In this document: positions 41,513 to 52,167 of the stretch, piece after piece
Layout: the number at the start of each line of letters is the position of its first letter
How positions within the stretch are numbered: the first letter of the stretch is position 1
Source: a virus
Lineage: Duplodnaviria; Caudoviricetes
Length of the DNA stretch: 64,000 nucleotides
Reading direction: 5' to 3' (one strand)
IMG/VR virus record: IMGVR_UViG_3300021426_000064
Coordinates: 64,001 to 128,000 of that record
Notes under the pieces: model-generated
Database searches by the model: none
What the model saw: the letters and a program-made list of their open reading frames with translations, nothing else
Told to the model about the DNA's origin: nothing
Translations under genes and position numbers: made by a program

Positions 41513-43474
41513 ATGCCACAAAAAATACGCCTTCGTGACTTAGACCCCTCGCTTAGAGCACTTATCGCCGGCGGGGAAGCCACGGAGGGTCAAATAAACC
41601 TTTTACTTTCTCAGTATAGAAAGAAGACCGAAGTAATCAAGGAGCAGGATATTGATGCGGACTACCGTAATGGTATCTATTCCAGAATTAATGAAGTAAA
41701 ATCTAAATTAGAGGCTCACTTGGCTCAAGCTCTTGTTGTCGCAGCTAAGGATTTAGACCCAGCTCTACTTCAGAGGATTAGTAGTCTGGAGGATAAGGTC
41801 GGCGCGATTAAACCCGGAAAAGATTATGAGGCTGAAATAAAAGCCCTGCAAAACAGCATTAAAGAGCTTCGCGACATTATTGACGCGCTAAATGTTGAGG
41901 GGATTAATCGTACACTTACTTCCTTATCAGCCTCAATTGATTCTGCACAAAATGAAATCAATCAGATCAAAGTTTTAAACAATACGTTCTTAAATCGCTT
42001 CTCTACTATTGAAAATACCTTAGCCAACAAGAGAGATAAAGACGTGTCAATCGTAGAGTCTGACCTTGATGCTGCTGTTGCTGACAAATTAAATAAAGGA
42101 GTAACGGCATTATCAAAAACGGACTCGTTAACGAACACGATAAATGAAGGTTTAAATAAAAAGCGGGATAAGGACGTTCTAATTAGCGAAGATGACCTTG
42201 ACTCTGGTGTTCGTAGTAAACTAAATACTTTAGCGGAAGTTAATGAAACCGTTACTTCCCTGCCCGCGGAAATGGAACTACTGCTCGCAAAAAAACGAGA
42301 TAAAGATGTTCCTATCGCAGAAACAGATTTAAATGACAGTATTAACGAACAACTTGCTCATATAAGAGAAATCGATAGTACTATTTCTAATCTGTCTGTG
42401 TCTATTGATAATAAGCTAAACGGAAAACGAGATAAAAGTGTTCTCATTGGCCGCAATGACTTAAGCAAGCCTGTCAATGACGAATTAGACAAAATTGATT
42501 CTTTGGCTTTGCAAGTTAATACTTACAAAACAAATATGGAATCCGCACTTGCCAACAAACGAGATAAGGACGCAGCCATTAAAAAGAGTGACTTAGATTC
42601 AGAAGTGATTCAAGAGTTTAATCGTATTGATAGTTTATCCAGCAAAATCGATACGGTGAAATCGGATACGACAACGCTTCTCAACGGCAAAAGAGACAAG
42701 AATGTAGCGATTAAGAAAAACGATTTGGACTCAGTCGTAGTCCAAGAGCTGGACAAAATCACACCGTTAATCAATCGCTTTAATTCTTTCGAGACATCAA
42801 CTAATAACGCGTTGAATGCTAAGCGTAGCAAGGATGTTCTAATTAACGAAGCAGATTTAAACTCGGCACTTTTAAATAAAATAAATCGAGGTAACTCAGC
42901 CGTTGATGCTGTTGCTGAACTATCGTCCAGAATGAATTTATTTCCAAATGTGCAGCCCGGAGATTATCTTACGGTTAATTCTGCAAATGGCTCTGTTAGT
43001 GGAAAAAAAGTTTTTATTCAGATGTATTCTGTAGCAGACGAAGCAGATAAAAATGCTTTGGTCAACAACGCCTCGGTTTCTACGCTTTTTGTTCGTAGCA
43101 CCGGCAAGGTGTATGAAAAAAAGAATGGAAGCTTTGCTGAAAATGCTAGTTTCTTTGAAAACAATCCTAGTTACTGGAACACTTTTATAGTTGACCAAAC
43201 TTCTAACGTTATAGTCGCTTACGTATTAAGTGGTGGACAAGTTCTCCGCTTTAACGTAAAAGAGCAGAGAAAAACCGCAACACTAAATGCCGGAGCAAGC
43301 ATTTCGTTTGCTTGTGTGAATGCTATGTCGGTTCCAGTCCGGGTGTTAGCTAAGGAATCGAGCGGCAAATATACCCCGGCCGACGGAGTAGTTAGTGTCC
43401 TGTATGACGCCGGTTCTTATACACTCCGAAACGAATCTGATGAAAATTTAAGCATTGTAGTTATAGAGGGATAA
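41513..43474 (+). CDS. Fibre-like protein with seven 44-aa KRDKD repeats
   Basis: KR(D/S)K motifs at exactly 132-nt spacing (42029, 42161, 42293, 42425, 42557, 42689, 42821). Confidence 0.8.
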   Translation: MPQKIRLRDLDPSLRALIAGGEATEGQINLLLSQYRKKTEVIKEQDIDADYRNGIYSRINEVKSKLEAHLAQALVVAAKDLDPALLQRISSLEDKVGAIKPGKDYEAEIKALQNSIKELRDIIDALNVEGINRTLTSLSASIDSAQNEINQIKVLNNTFLNRFSTIENTLANKRDKDVSIVESDLDAAVADKLNKGVTALSKTDSLTNTINEGLNKKRDKDVLISEDDLDSGVRSKLNTLAEVNETVTSLPAEMELLLAKKRDKDVPIAETDLNDSINEQLAHIREIDSTISNLSVSIDNKLNGKRDKSVLIGRNDLSKPVNDELDKIDSLALQVNTYKTNMESALANKRDKDAAIKKSDLDSEVIQEFNRIDSLSSKIDTVKSDTTTLLNGKRDKNVAIKKNDLDSVVVQELDKITPLINRFNSFETSTNNALNAKRSKDVLINEADLNSALLNKINRGNSAVDAVAELSSRMNLFPNVQPGDYLTVNSANGSVSGKKVFIQMYSVADEADKNALVNNASVSTLFVRSTGKVYEKKNGSFAENASFFENNPSYWNTFIVDQTSNVIVAYVLSGGQVLRFNVKEQRKTATLNAGASISFACVNAMSVPVRVLAKESSGKYTPADGVVSVLYDAGSYTLRNESDENLSIVVIEG

Positions 43475-43478
43475 TTAA

Positions 43479-44801
43479 ATGGCACTATTAAAATGGTTTA
43501 AAGAGCGGTTAGCAAATGGCACCCCCGTCTGGGAAGGCATTTACGACAATGCTATTCGCAATCGACTGAGACGAGATAAAAACTTGGCCGACTTAAACGA
43601 CAGAGCCGAGGCTCGTAAAAATCTGGATCTTGTTGGTGAAGTAGAAACTCACTGGCATGATACGAGATATATGCCTCACATTAACAAACTTAGAACAGAC
43701 ACAAACAACCTTCGCACAGATCTTACTGCTGATGAAAAAGTAATTAATAATAACGTCCAAAGGCTTAATGGTCATGATACGGAAATCAATAAGCTTAAAG
43801 ACAGGGCGACTAAGCTTGAAGGCCGCGCAACTAAGCTTGAAGGCCGCGCGGATGCTTTAGAGTCGCGAGCGACAAACCTCGAAACCCGCGCCTCGTCCCT
43901 GGAAAATCGTGCTAATAACTTAGAGACTAGGGCGACTAAAGTTGAGGGTCGTTGCGGTACGCTTGAAAATGACGTATCAAATTTAAAGACCGCTAAAACA
44001 AATTTAGAAAGCCGTGCCACCACATTAGAAGGACGCGCAAGCACCTTGGAAGGACGTGCCACTAAATTAGAAGGACGCGCTACAACACTTGAAGGTGAAG
44101 TATCTACATTAAAAAATCGCGCTACTAAATTAGAAAGTCGAGCAACTGATTTAGAAACTAGAGCCACGAAAGTGGAGGGGCGAGCTTCTAAATTAGAATC
44201 AAGATGTACTACCATTGAGGGAGACGCGGCAAAACTTACGAGTCGCGTCAGCTCTCTCGAAAATAAAACATGGATAGAAAAGGCCGGACATGCAACGTCG
44301 GCTGACTCGGCAACAACAGCTGGGTCGGCTACCACGGCATCTGAAGCTACCCACGCTTCTACGGCAGACAAAGCCGACTCGGCAACCACAGCAGGTTCTG
44401 CCGATAAAGCTAAAGAAGCTGATCATGCCTTATCAGCAGATAGTGCCACAAAAGCCAATGAGGCTAATTATGCTACCAAAGCTGGAACAGCAGATAGCGC
44501 AACTAAAGCTAATAGTGCTACAAAAGCGGACTCGGCTGATAGTGCCAAGGAGGCTGGTCATGCTGCTAAAGCAGACACTGCAACCAAGGCGGATAGCGCA
44601 ACTAAAGCCACTAATGACGGAAACAATCGCAATATTGTTGACACATACGCAACAAAAACAGACGTAAATGGCGAAATAAAAAAGCTGTCAGATAGGATAG
44701 CCATATTAGAAAAATGGATAAAAAATGGCCCCAAAAACGAGCTCTTTGACGAAGAAGGACGTTTGTGTTTCCCGAATGGTGAAAAGTTCTGGATAGGATA
44801 A
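43479..44801 (+). CDS. Coiled-coil/AxxA-repeat fibre protein
   Basis: KNLADL..RAEARKNL and HWHDTRY fibre motifs; heptad RATKLEG repeats; AxxA repeats. Confidence 0.75.
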   Translation: MALLKWFKERLANGTPVWEGIYDNAIRNRLRRDKNLADLNDRAEARKNLDLVGEVETHWHDTRYMPHINKLRTDTNNLRTDLTADEKVINNNVQRLNGHDTEINKLKDRATKLEGRATKLEGRADALESRATNLETRASSLENRANNLETRATKVEGRCGTLENDVSNLKTAKTNLESRATTLEGRASTLEGRATKLEGRATTLEGEVSTLKNRATKLESRATDLETRATKVEGRASKLESRCTTIEGDAAKLTSRVSSLENKTWIEKAGHATSADSATTAGSATTASEATHASTADKADSATTAGSADKAKEADHALSADSATKANEANYATKAGTADSATKANSATKADSADSAKEAGHAAKADTATKADSATKATNDGNNRNIVDTYATKTDVNGEIKKLSDRIAILEKWIKNGPKNELFDEEGRLCFPNGEKFWIG

Positions 44802-44806
44802 AAGAT

Positions 44807-45706
44807 ATGACTAACTTAAATTACACAAAAAACAATAAGCAAGACTCTGCGAGAGGGTACACCCAAACAGAACTGGCAGATGCATTATCAAATGGAGATA
44901 TCTACGATATTCCAAATGTTACGTCTAGCTTTCTCTCCTGTTCAGTAAGTGGTAAAGAATATTACGCCAGGGCTGCCGATCTAGCCAATGCAGAACAAAG
45001 TTCGTCCGCAACGGATACGATAAATACGATTTCCCACTACGAAAATACCGCAAGTAGCCACGGACAATGGGTAGGAGTAAAAGCCCTTGGCTGGCTAGAC
45101 TTGTCCAAATACACTAAGGGAAGCACTATAGCCGTAAAAGGGAAAATTAATGTAACTATGCACGACCAAGGAGTGGGACGCCGCTCAGCACCGCATGATG
45201 GTCCTAGTACAAGATTAGTGGTTCTTGCCGGCAATTCAGATTATAACAATTACCAACGTGGTTGGGGCGGTCATTATGAATATTTCGGTACAGGCCAAGA
45301 TACCCGGTCTGTTTGGTTTCGAGATGGAGATTATGGCGACTATGCCTATTTTTTTGATGACATAGTTGCTGGCGCTTGCAGTCAGAGGGGGCAAGCATAC
45401 CCCAGCGACTGGCAGAAGCACTACGAAAACCCCAATTTAAAAGAAGTAAACATGCCTATAGTATGTTATAACGGAGACCGGGGGACGCATACCGTTAATA
45501 TAAATATCAAGTTTACCAAGAAAGAGGAAAAATACCTAACCATAATGGCGGGTTTCCATGCATGGAAAGATTTTGGCGGTGATAATGCAGGCAGGCTCGT
45601 AACCAGCATCGCCTCCGGAAAAGTTTCAGTTGGCTATGCTCTTAGTGAAAAAACAGACATGCATTTTACAAGAAACGGCAAAGAGTATGTATATATCAAA
45701 TCATAA
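44807..45706 (+). CDS. Hypothetical protein, possible receptor-binding tip
   Basis: 299-aa Gly/Tyr/Trp-rich ORF ending the fibre cluster. Confidence 0.6.
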   Translation: MTNLNYTKNNKQDSARGYTQTELADALSNGDIYDIPNVTSSFLSCSVSGKEYYARAADLANAEQSSSATDTINTISHYENTASSHGQWVGVKALGWLDLSKYTKGSTIAVKGKINVTMHDQGVGRRSAPHDGPSTRLVVLAGNSDYNNYQRGWGGHYEYFGTGQDTRSVWFRDGDYGDYAYFFDDIVAGACSQRGQAYPSDWQKHYENPNLKEVNMPIVCYNGDRGTHTVNINIKFTKKEEKYLTIMAGFHAWKDFGGDNAGRLVTSIASGKVSVGYALSEKTDMHFTRNGKEYVYIKS

Positions 45707-45757
45707 GCTTGCGCGTTGTGACAAATAGTTCTGCTTTTTATTAATATCTCAAATCAT

Positions 45758-45790
45758 AATGCCGCCTTTGTTTGGCGGCATTTACTATTT
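45758..45790 (+). terminator. Intrinsic terminator
   Basis: AATGCCGCC-TTTGTTT-GGCGGCATT followed by TT ACTATT. Confidence 0.75.
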
Positions 45791-45926
45791 GTACAAGGTA
45801 ACAGATATCCAGAAATATACAAAAGGCAGGCGTGAGGCTTGTTCAAAAATGACATCGTAGTAGTAATATACGATCAGAATTAACCTCATAAAAACAAGCA
45901 AACGAAAAGAAAGTTGGTGTGCTTCA

Positions 45927-48900
45927 TTGACTCTCCCATATAGCCGGAAATTCAATTCTGGTCGACAGTCAGAGCAGTTCTATAATGAAGAGCTGCATAA
46001 AATATATGAATCCACGAAGCATTTAACAGATAGCCCGCCAGCAAATCAAGAGCCCACGGCAAAGTTACATCGTTCCATGTGGCATGATGAAAAACATAAC
46101 CAGCTCAAATGGTGGGATAAAATAAACAGCAAGTGGCGCACGTACTATGAAAAAGAATTCAAGATTACGGGCGAAATTATGTCCATATTGCCTCCGGAGG
46201 CACCGGTTTACGGGCAGCTCTGGTTACATAACGGAGTTCTTTGCTATTACGATGGCGTAAATTGGAATCCTGTAAAGGCTCTCCTACAGGATGGTTCTCA
46301 GTTCTCTTTGGATGTGTTCAAGAACTTTATTATGGTGTCCCCTCTGTGGAAAATTGGAGACACTATCGTCGGCGATAAAGAATTGGAAATGTTCATTAAG
46401 GAAGAGCGAAAATACCTCCAAGGGATCTTGGATGCAAAAACAGACTCTATGATAACAGGTGACGGAACGGAATGGGATCTTAAGTATCAGGCCGACGTAG
46501 ACTATCCTCAATTGCCAGCCACACCTATAGATAAAAAAGTTCAGCTCCTCGTGCCAAATATCGATTACGGTAGGCTGTTTTTAGGACACCTTCTAGATTC
46601 GGATAAATATGAAGAAATATCAAAGGTCTGCATCCAGTATCAGCGCAACGATATTATTAACAAGGGGCCGTCACTCATTCATTTGAACCCTGGGCGCATC
46701 ACAAAAATCACGAAGCGCTTGATTATGATTGACCGTGAAAATCCGCGCATACAAATTCTGGCAGGAAACACAGAGTTCTATGGTTTCCACGAAGGCAATC
46801 CTCTTGGCGATTTGTTGATTCCAGACCAGAACTACCAGAATGAAGATGGAACTCTCGGAAGTCTATTTAAAGACTATACTATGGTGGAAGACGGCATTCT
46901 GCTGTCATATGATGCTGCGCAAAACTATGACTACGTTCTGGCTATCACATATGAATTCAGCTGGATGAAGAGCACAGGCAGAATGTCCCGGGGCAGCAAC
47001 CATGATAACAGTAACTGCTTCTATGTAGACAATTTTGTTGGTCCGTTGAACGTCTTTGTTGAAGGCTATGACCTGGAGGACCCGTATTTTGAAGAAGATG
47101 GAATGGATCAAACCGTTACCGTCAAAGAAAAAGTAGATGGGCTTACGGTCTCCATGCTGCATACCCCTAGCCGAGAATATGGCTATATTCGCAGAATCGA
47201 CGTTAATAACAATGCAGTCATCCGCCCGCTAAGAAACTACAAACAGCCGCTGCTATTTGTAAACGGGCAAGCAATGCATCCCAAATACGACAATATCCAA
47301 TGGAATTCGGATGGTACAATAACGATACCCGGCGGAAAGATGGATATGATGTGGAGCATCGTTGACCTTTCGGGTACGCAGGAAGACGGCACGAATGGCA
47401 TTGTTGAGTTCACCGCTCCGATAACTTCTGGTCTTGTTGGTCAGGACGGGAAAATTAGCTATGCTGCTGGTTTTATTCCGGACGCATCCGTAACCAATGC
47501 GGTACTCTTTATCGACGGTTTGTTGGTAAAAAAAGAAGACATCATTATAGAACGGGCAACCCGCAAGATAACGATTAGCGGCGGACTCAATCCTGGGCAG
47601 GAATACATCCTCATCTACGATAAGTATAATTGGCTTTACGACGAAAAGTATATCACGCCGGCATTGCCAGTAGGTAAGTTTACCGATTCCCTGGTATACA
47701 TGAATGGGCATTTGCTTTGCAATGGCGAAGCTCTGGATGTGGTTGCAAAACCGTACCACCAGAAAATTGAGCCGGACGGCACGACAAGCATGGAACCGTA
47801 CCCCGGCATATTCAATGAAGTAAAATGCTTCAAAACAGTAACTTTGGCGGCAGATGGTTTTACCGAATTAGTTACGCGCGACTATCGTGTATATGACCCA
47901 AAAGAGCAAAAGTGGAATCCAATACAGTCTTACCAGGTTGCAGGTATTAAAGGATTTGCTTATAGCTATGAAGATATGCCTAAGAGCGTTCACATCCTAA
48001 TACCGTACGACACCACAGATGATATAAGGATTTTTGCTTTTAACACTGCGAATTCGGTCGAACACCCTCTTATTGTTGGCAATATCCTGGCAGACAATGA
48101 CCACCCCATTCTCACTGTCGGTAACGGCAAATATTGGGATGCCAATCAAGGGAAAGAAGTTCCCTTCTCCGATCCGAACCGGAACAGACTTGCAACCCCG
48201 TTCATATTTGGTAAGAACACGTTGCGTGTATGGTGTAACGGTATTCGTCAGTACCCGGCAGTAGAAAACAAATGTGACGGTATTGTTGAATACATGGACG
48301 GAAACGCAGAAGTGGATGGCAGCGGTAATGCATTCCGACTCCCAGAACCGTTTTCTGGTAAAATCACCTATGCAATAGAACTGCCAGATACTGGTGCTGG
48401 TAAATCGTGTTCCATGGAAGTGTTAAATCACAAAAACGTCCTTCCGGGGTACGTCAATATGTATAAGACAGAACTGCCAATGTTCCCTGGTAGGGTAACG
48501 ATATATGTTAACGGAATTCGGTTGCCGGAAAACCAGTACAGTGTTATGGATAACCATACGATTCTTATTGATAACGAGCAGGCTCTTATTGGTAGCAGCC
48601 GTAATTATCCCAAGGAAACATTGGTCGCTAACCGGAAAAAGTACACGCTTGAGCATAAGCAGGACGACTTAATTCTCGTAGAAGTGCGTCAGGACGAAAG
48701 AGTAGAAGCGACCATAGAATGCCAGGGGCATCCCGTATACGAGTTGCCTATCGAAAAATATGAGCTTGATCCGGCCGTGTTGGAGCCGGCTGACGAAATG
48801 ATGATTTTTGTCAACGGACTGTACTTTGGCCCTAAAATGAATGATGGTTATAAGTGCAATGTACTTCGCGGCAGCATCTCGGTAACTCAGGAAGATACTT

Positions 48901-49037
48901 TAGAAATCATGAACCATGACGAGGAGGATATTTTCCTGAAAGGTAACGAAGAATACCATAAGACAAATTATGCCGCGATGACCGATGGCAAAAGATATGA
49001 GCAAAAGAATGCCACGCTAACTTTAGAATGGAGATAA
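45927..49037 (+). CDS. Large putative virion protein with repeated hydrophobic-x-(V/I)(N/D)G beta domains
   Basis: 1036 aa; LNVFVEG, LLFVNG, VLFIDG, LVYMNG, LRVWCNG, VTIYVNG, MIFVNG. Confidence 0.65.
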   Translation: MTLPYSRKFNSGRQSEQFYNEELHKIYESTKHLTDSPPANQEPTAKLHRSMWHDEKHNQLKWWDKINSKWRTYYEKEFKITGEIMSILPPEAPVYGQLWLHNGVLCYYDGVNWNPVKALLQDGSQFSLDVFKNFIMVSPLWKIGDTIVGDKELEMFIKEERKYLQGILDAKTDSMITGDGTEWDLKYQADVDYPQLPATPIDKKVQLLVPNIDYGRLFLGHLLDSDKYEEISKVCIQYQRNDIINKGPSLIHLNPGRITKITKRLIMIDRENPRIQILAGNTEFYGFHEGNPLGDLLIPDQNYQNEDGTLGSLFKDYTMVEDGILLSYDAAQNYDYVLAITYEFSWMKSTGRMSRGSNHDNSNCFYVDNFVGPLNVFVEGYDLEDPYFEEDGMDQTVTVKEKVDGLTVSMLHTPSREYGYIRRIDVNNNAVIRPLRNYKQPLLFVNGQAMHPKYDNIQWNSDGTITIPGGKMDMMWSIVDLSGTQEDGTNGIVEFTAPITSGLVGQDGKISYAAGFIPDASVTNAVLFIDGLLVKKEDIIIERATRKITISGGLNPGQEYILIYDKYNWLYDEKYITPALPVGKFTDSLVYMNGHLLCNGEALDVVAKPYHQKIEPDGTTSMEPYPGIFNEVKCFKTVTLAADGFTELVTRDYRVYDPKEQKWNPIQSYQVAGIKGFAYSYEDMPKSVHILIPYDTTDDIRIFAFNTANSVEHPLIVGNILADNDHPILTVGNGKYWDANQGKEVPFSDPNRNRLATPFIFGKNTLRVWCNGIRQYPAVENKCDGIVEYMDGNAEVDGSGNAFRLPEPFSGKITYAIELPDTGAGKSCSMEVLNHKNVLPGYVNMYKTELPMFPGRVTIYVNGIRLPENQYSVMDNHTILIDNEQALIGSSRNYPKETLVANRKKYTLEHKQDDLILVEVRQDERVEATIECQGHPVYELPIEKYELDPAVLEPADEMMIFVNGLYFGPKMNDGYKCNVLRGSISVTQEDTLEIMNHDEEDIFLKGNEEYHKTNYAAMTDGKRYEQKNATLTLEWR

Positions 49038-49041
49038 TAAC

Positions 49042-51210
49042 ATGATTAAACCAGGACATACAAGCCTGAACATGGAAGACATTTCGGAGGACTTACGCGT
49101 TGTCCATCGCCACATTGCTAAGGTGGCTCCTTCAACAACAGACCCTAACACGGGTGCTGAGGTCTTTATGCGTCAGGATGGGGATATTAACAAGCCTGTC
49201 CTCCCGAACTATCGTAATAAAATTGTCAAAGCAGATGATGTAGATCTCGTTGGCGGGATTGAAGCGGGAAGAATCGCGGTTGCTGTAAGCAAGGACAATC
49301 GAACAACTATAGATAACGCCATGAAGCTCAATGGCCATCCTGCTGAAGACTTTACGACAGCAGAAAAGGGCAGGAAGATGGAAGAGGCCACGGAGCAGGT
49401 TACGCTACATTACGGCAATGACATCGCCTCAATTCGCGATGAGCTTTACCAGCTTAAACACGCACTTGAGAAAAACGGCCTTATCCACTTAACCAATGAG
49501 CATTTTGGCTATAACGATACGTTCCGAAATGGATATAAACCGTATGAATATGAAGAGCTGGGGCGGCCGACAATTGACTGTCCCTCGGCCGACAAAATCC
49601 GTCTTGACGAAGAAGCAGTTAAGAAGCTCGATGTAGGCGACTTTATTGCTATCTACTTCCGTGACGAAGAAAAAGTGGATGTTGTTCAGATTGCATCCAT
49701 CGGAGCTGATGGCCAGACTCTGACATTGGATGAGGGTATGACGCATGGCAACATGACTAAGGAAAACATTATTGTTTATAAAAGCTATGGTGTATCCCGC
49801 GACGGCAACTTTTATTTCGCCCGCGATGTAGAATTTAAAGTCGGCGATGAAAATATCTGGTCGGGACTTGATGACGATACCACGGTATCTCTTTACCGCC
49901 CAGTGTCGGAAGAACAGAGCTCTTATGGGTATGGGTTCCGTATTCCCGAAAGCAAGCACGGCTTCCTGACCAAGTTCCAGATTTACGCACACGCTATTGG
50001 AACGCCGACGCTTACCTGCTACATTTTTGATGAACAGGATATTGGCAATTTTAAGAATCCGGTACAGGCAGAAAACCTCTATAAAAGCGGCGATGTAAAC
50101 GCAGATGGCGAACCGAAGATGCACTTCTTCGCAAAATCCAACCCTGTAAATCTTGACCCTACGCTGGGCGAGCATATTGTTACATTCGATTTTTGGAATG
50201 CAGAGTCTGAATCTTATCCTCTCGTAATGCGCAAGGACACGCCGACAAATCGCGTCCGTTATGTAGCAGTTATTTGCGGAACCTTTGTAGATGACAATAA
50301 CTATGCAAATGTACGATTCATCATGAACGCTGGAGGAAAAGGCGGCGATCTGGAAACCAACAATAAGGTATACCGCTACACCGAGCAGCTGGATACTTCC
50401 GTAACGCCGGCACTTTCACACAACACGGAAGATGACGGCAAGGACATGTATTATGCGGTCATTATGCGAGAAGCAATTGAGCACGAGATGGACGCACAGA
50501 ACCGTGGTTTGTATTCGGCCATCATAACCAGTCCAAAAGGTATGCCGGTCTCAAGAGCAAGGCTTACCATGCGTATTAAGCGCGAAGGCGGACTTTGGGA
50601 TGCAAACATCTCTGAACCAAACGTCTACGGCATTAGTGAAAGAGTATCATTCCCAACAGAAGTGTTTAAAAACTTCCCCGAAAGAAAGGCTTCCTTTAGA
50701 ACAGCAGACACTCTCGGCCTGCAAGATGATATTCGTTTGCCAATGGAGTTAAGAAATACTGCTGGCGTATATACGAGAAAACCTGATACCATTATCGGCA
50801 ACAACATCGTAAAAGGGACGCCAAATACGACCTCGATTGTTCCAAGTGAGCCGATCATCGTTAAACCGGACGATATGGTGTATCGCAATGCATACCAGGT
50901 TTCCGTAAAGGGTAAGATGTATGAATACGACGCAAACAAAAAACAGTTTGTTGTAACTTCACAGAGTAAGGTGTTCCTTAAGCCTATCGCCGTAATTCCG
51001 GACGGCTGCAAGGATAAGAAAGACGTATATTCTGACCGCATCATCTGGGAGGGCGACTTCCGGACAAAAGAAGGTAATCCTCTTTATTTTAACGAGTTGG
51101 AATTGCAGGTTTTCTGGCATAAGCCTGCGTTCTCTGAACTTACAACTGTTGCAACAGAACAGATGGGCGTTATTCACGACCTCATTTTCTCTACCGACAG
51201 AACGGTGTAA
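49042..51210 (+). CDS. Putative virion structural protein
   Basis: 722-aa ORF; DNAMKLNGHPAEDF fibre-type motif. Confidence 0.65.
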   Translation: MIKPGHTSLNMEDISEDLRVVHRHIAKVAPSTTDPNTGAEVFMRQDGDINKPVLPNYRNKIVKADDVDLVGGIEAGRIAVAVSKDNRTTIDNAMKLNGHPAEDFTTAEKGRKMEEATEQVTLHYGNDIASIRDELYQLKHALEKNGLIHLTNEHFGYNDTFRNGYKPYEYEELGRPTIDCPSADKIRLDEEAVKKLDVGDFIAIYFRDEEKVDVVQIASIGADGQTLTLDEGMTHGNMTKENIIVYKSYGVSRDGNFYFARDVEFKVGDENIWSGLDDDTTVSLYRPVSEEQSSYGYGFRIPESKHGFLTKFQIYAHAIGTPTLTCYIFDEQDIGNFKNPVQAENLYKSGDVNADGEPKMHFFAKSNPVNLDPTLGEHIVTFDFWNAESESYPLVMRKDTPTNRVRYVAVICGTFVDDNNYANVRFIMNAGGKGGDLETNNKVYRYTEQLDTSVTPALSHNTEDDGKDMYYAVIMREAIEHEMDAQNRGLYSAIITSPKGMPVSRARLTMRIKREGGLWDANISEPNVYGISERVSFPTEVFKNFPERKASFRTADTLGLQDDIRLPMELRNTAGVYTRKPDTIIGNNIVKGTPNTTSIVPSEPIIVKPDDMVYRNAYQVSVKGKMYEYDANKKQFVVTSQSKVFLKPIAVIPDGCKDKKDVYSDRIIWEGDFRTKEGNPLYFNELELQVFWHKPAFSELTTVATEQMGVIHDLIFSTDRTV

Positions 51211-51218
51211 ATCGAAAC

Positions 51219-51247
51219 AGCCGCCCTCTAAGTGGGCGGCTTTTGTT
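51219..51247 (+). terminator. Intrinsic terminator
   Basis: AGCCGCCC-TCTAAGT-GGGCGGCT followed by TTTGTT. Confidence 0.8.
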
Positions 51248-51312
51248 ATACACGGACACAATAAGGCGGCAAAGATGGTAATACCACGATAGCACTAATT
51301 TTTGGAGGAAAT

Positions 51313-52167
51313 ATGGCGAACATAACGAATACCGACGAGCTTGTCGATAATATAAAGACCTTGACCACACCAATAGATTTGCCGGCGGGAACATTTAACG
51401 AAAAAATGAGCGCCAGCGAAGTAAATGGTCTTTTCCAGGGCATAGAGACATGCCTAAACAAACTATATGAAAAACTCCGTATGCTGGAAGACCTACATAC
51501 GTTTAGTGAAGAATATATTAAGAACGAATTTAATAAAGTGAAGCCCGAGCTGGATGACGCTATTGTAAAACTTGACCAGGCAGAAGAAGATTATTCAAAC
51601 ACGAAAACAAAGGCGAATTTGCTTACGTTTGTCGGCGGCAATGTAATGACAGATCGCGATGGCTCCTCAATAAACTCTGCACAGATAGTCGATGGAGATG
51701 TTATCCTGGCCGGCTCTGTTAATATCTTAGAAGCAATACCAGCGAAGGTGGTTGTCAACTCTTCGGATATCCCGTATAGAAGAAGTAAAATGCCGGCAGA
51801 CAACTACAAAACTTTTTATGCAATGGAGTCTATGCCGAGTGAGCCGGTTAAAGAGTCAATTGACCTCTTTTTTGCGCGCCCGACCATAATCAATTTTATG
51901 AAGACATCCGCATTTAACTCCGCAATTAGTAATGTTGCAATCTATAAGTCGAATGATGATGTAGTTAATATTGATCCGGGTACAATGGTTTTTCCAGAAT
52001 GTACGGCAACTGGCATACATATGGATTTAACAGGTGGTAAAATTGAGCCTGTTGTTACGGAGATAACTGGCGAGAAGGACACATTCTGTGACCTTGAAGG
52101 AGAATATGAATCGGATGTGCTGGACAGCATATTTGAAAAACATGTAAAGGACAATGGTGGGGAATAA
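51313..52167 (+). CDS. Hypothetical (likely structural) protein
   Basis: GGAGG RBS; 284 aa; N-terminal helix then beta domain. Confidence 0.7.
   Translation: MANITNTDELVDNIKTLTTPIDLPAGTFNEKMSASEVNGLFQGIETCLNKLYEKLRMLEDLHTFSEEYIKNEFNKVKPELDDAIVKLDQAEEDYSNTKTKANLLTFVGGNVMTDRDGSSINSAQIVDGDVILAGSVNILEAIPAKVVVNSSDIPYRRSKMPADNYKTFYAMESMPSEPVKESIDLFFARPTIINFMKTSAFNSAISNVAIYKSNDDVVNIDPGTMVFPECTATGIHMDLTGGKIEPVVTEITGEKDTFCDLEGEYESDVLDSIFEKHVKDNGGE

Noticed and set aside
38891-45706. Diversity-generating retroelement or shufflon acting on the fibre genes
   Set aside because: No reverse transcriptase, no adenine-specific TR/VR pair and no recombinase gene seen in this window
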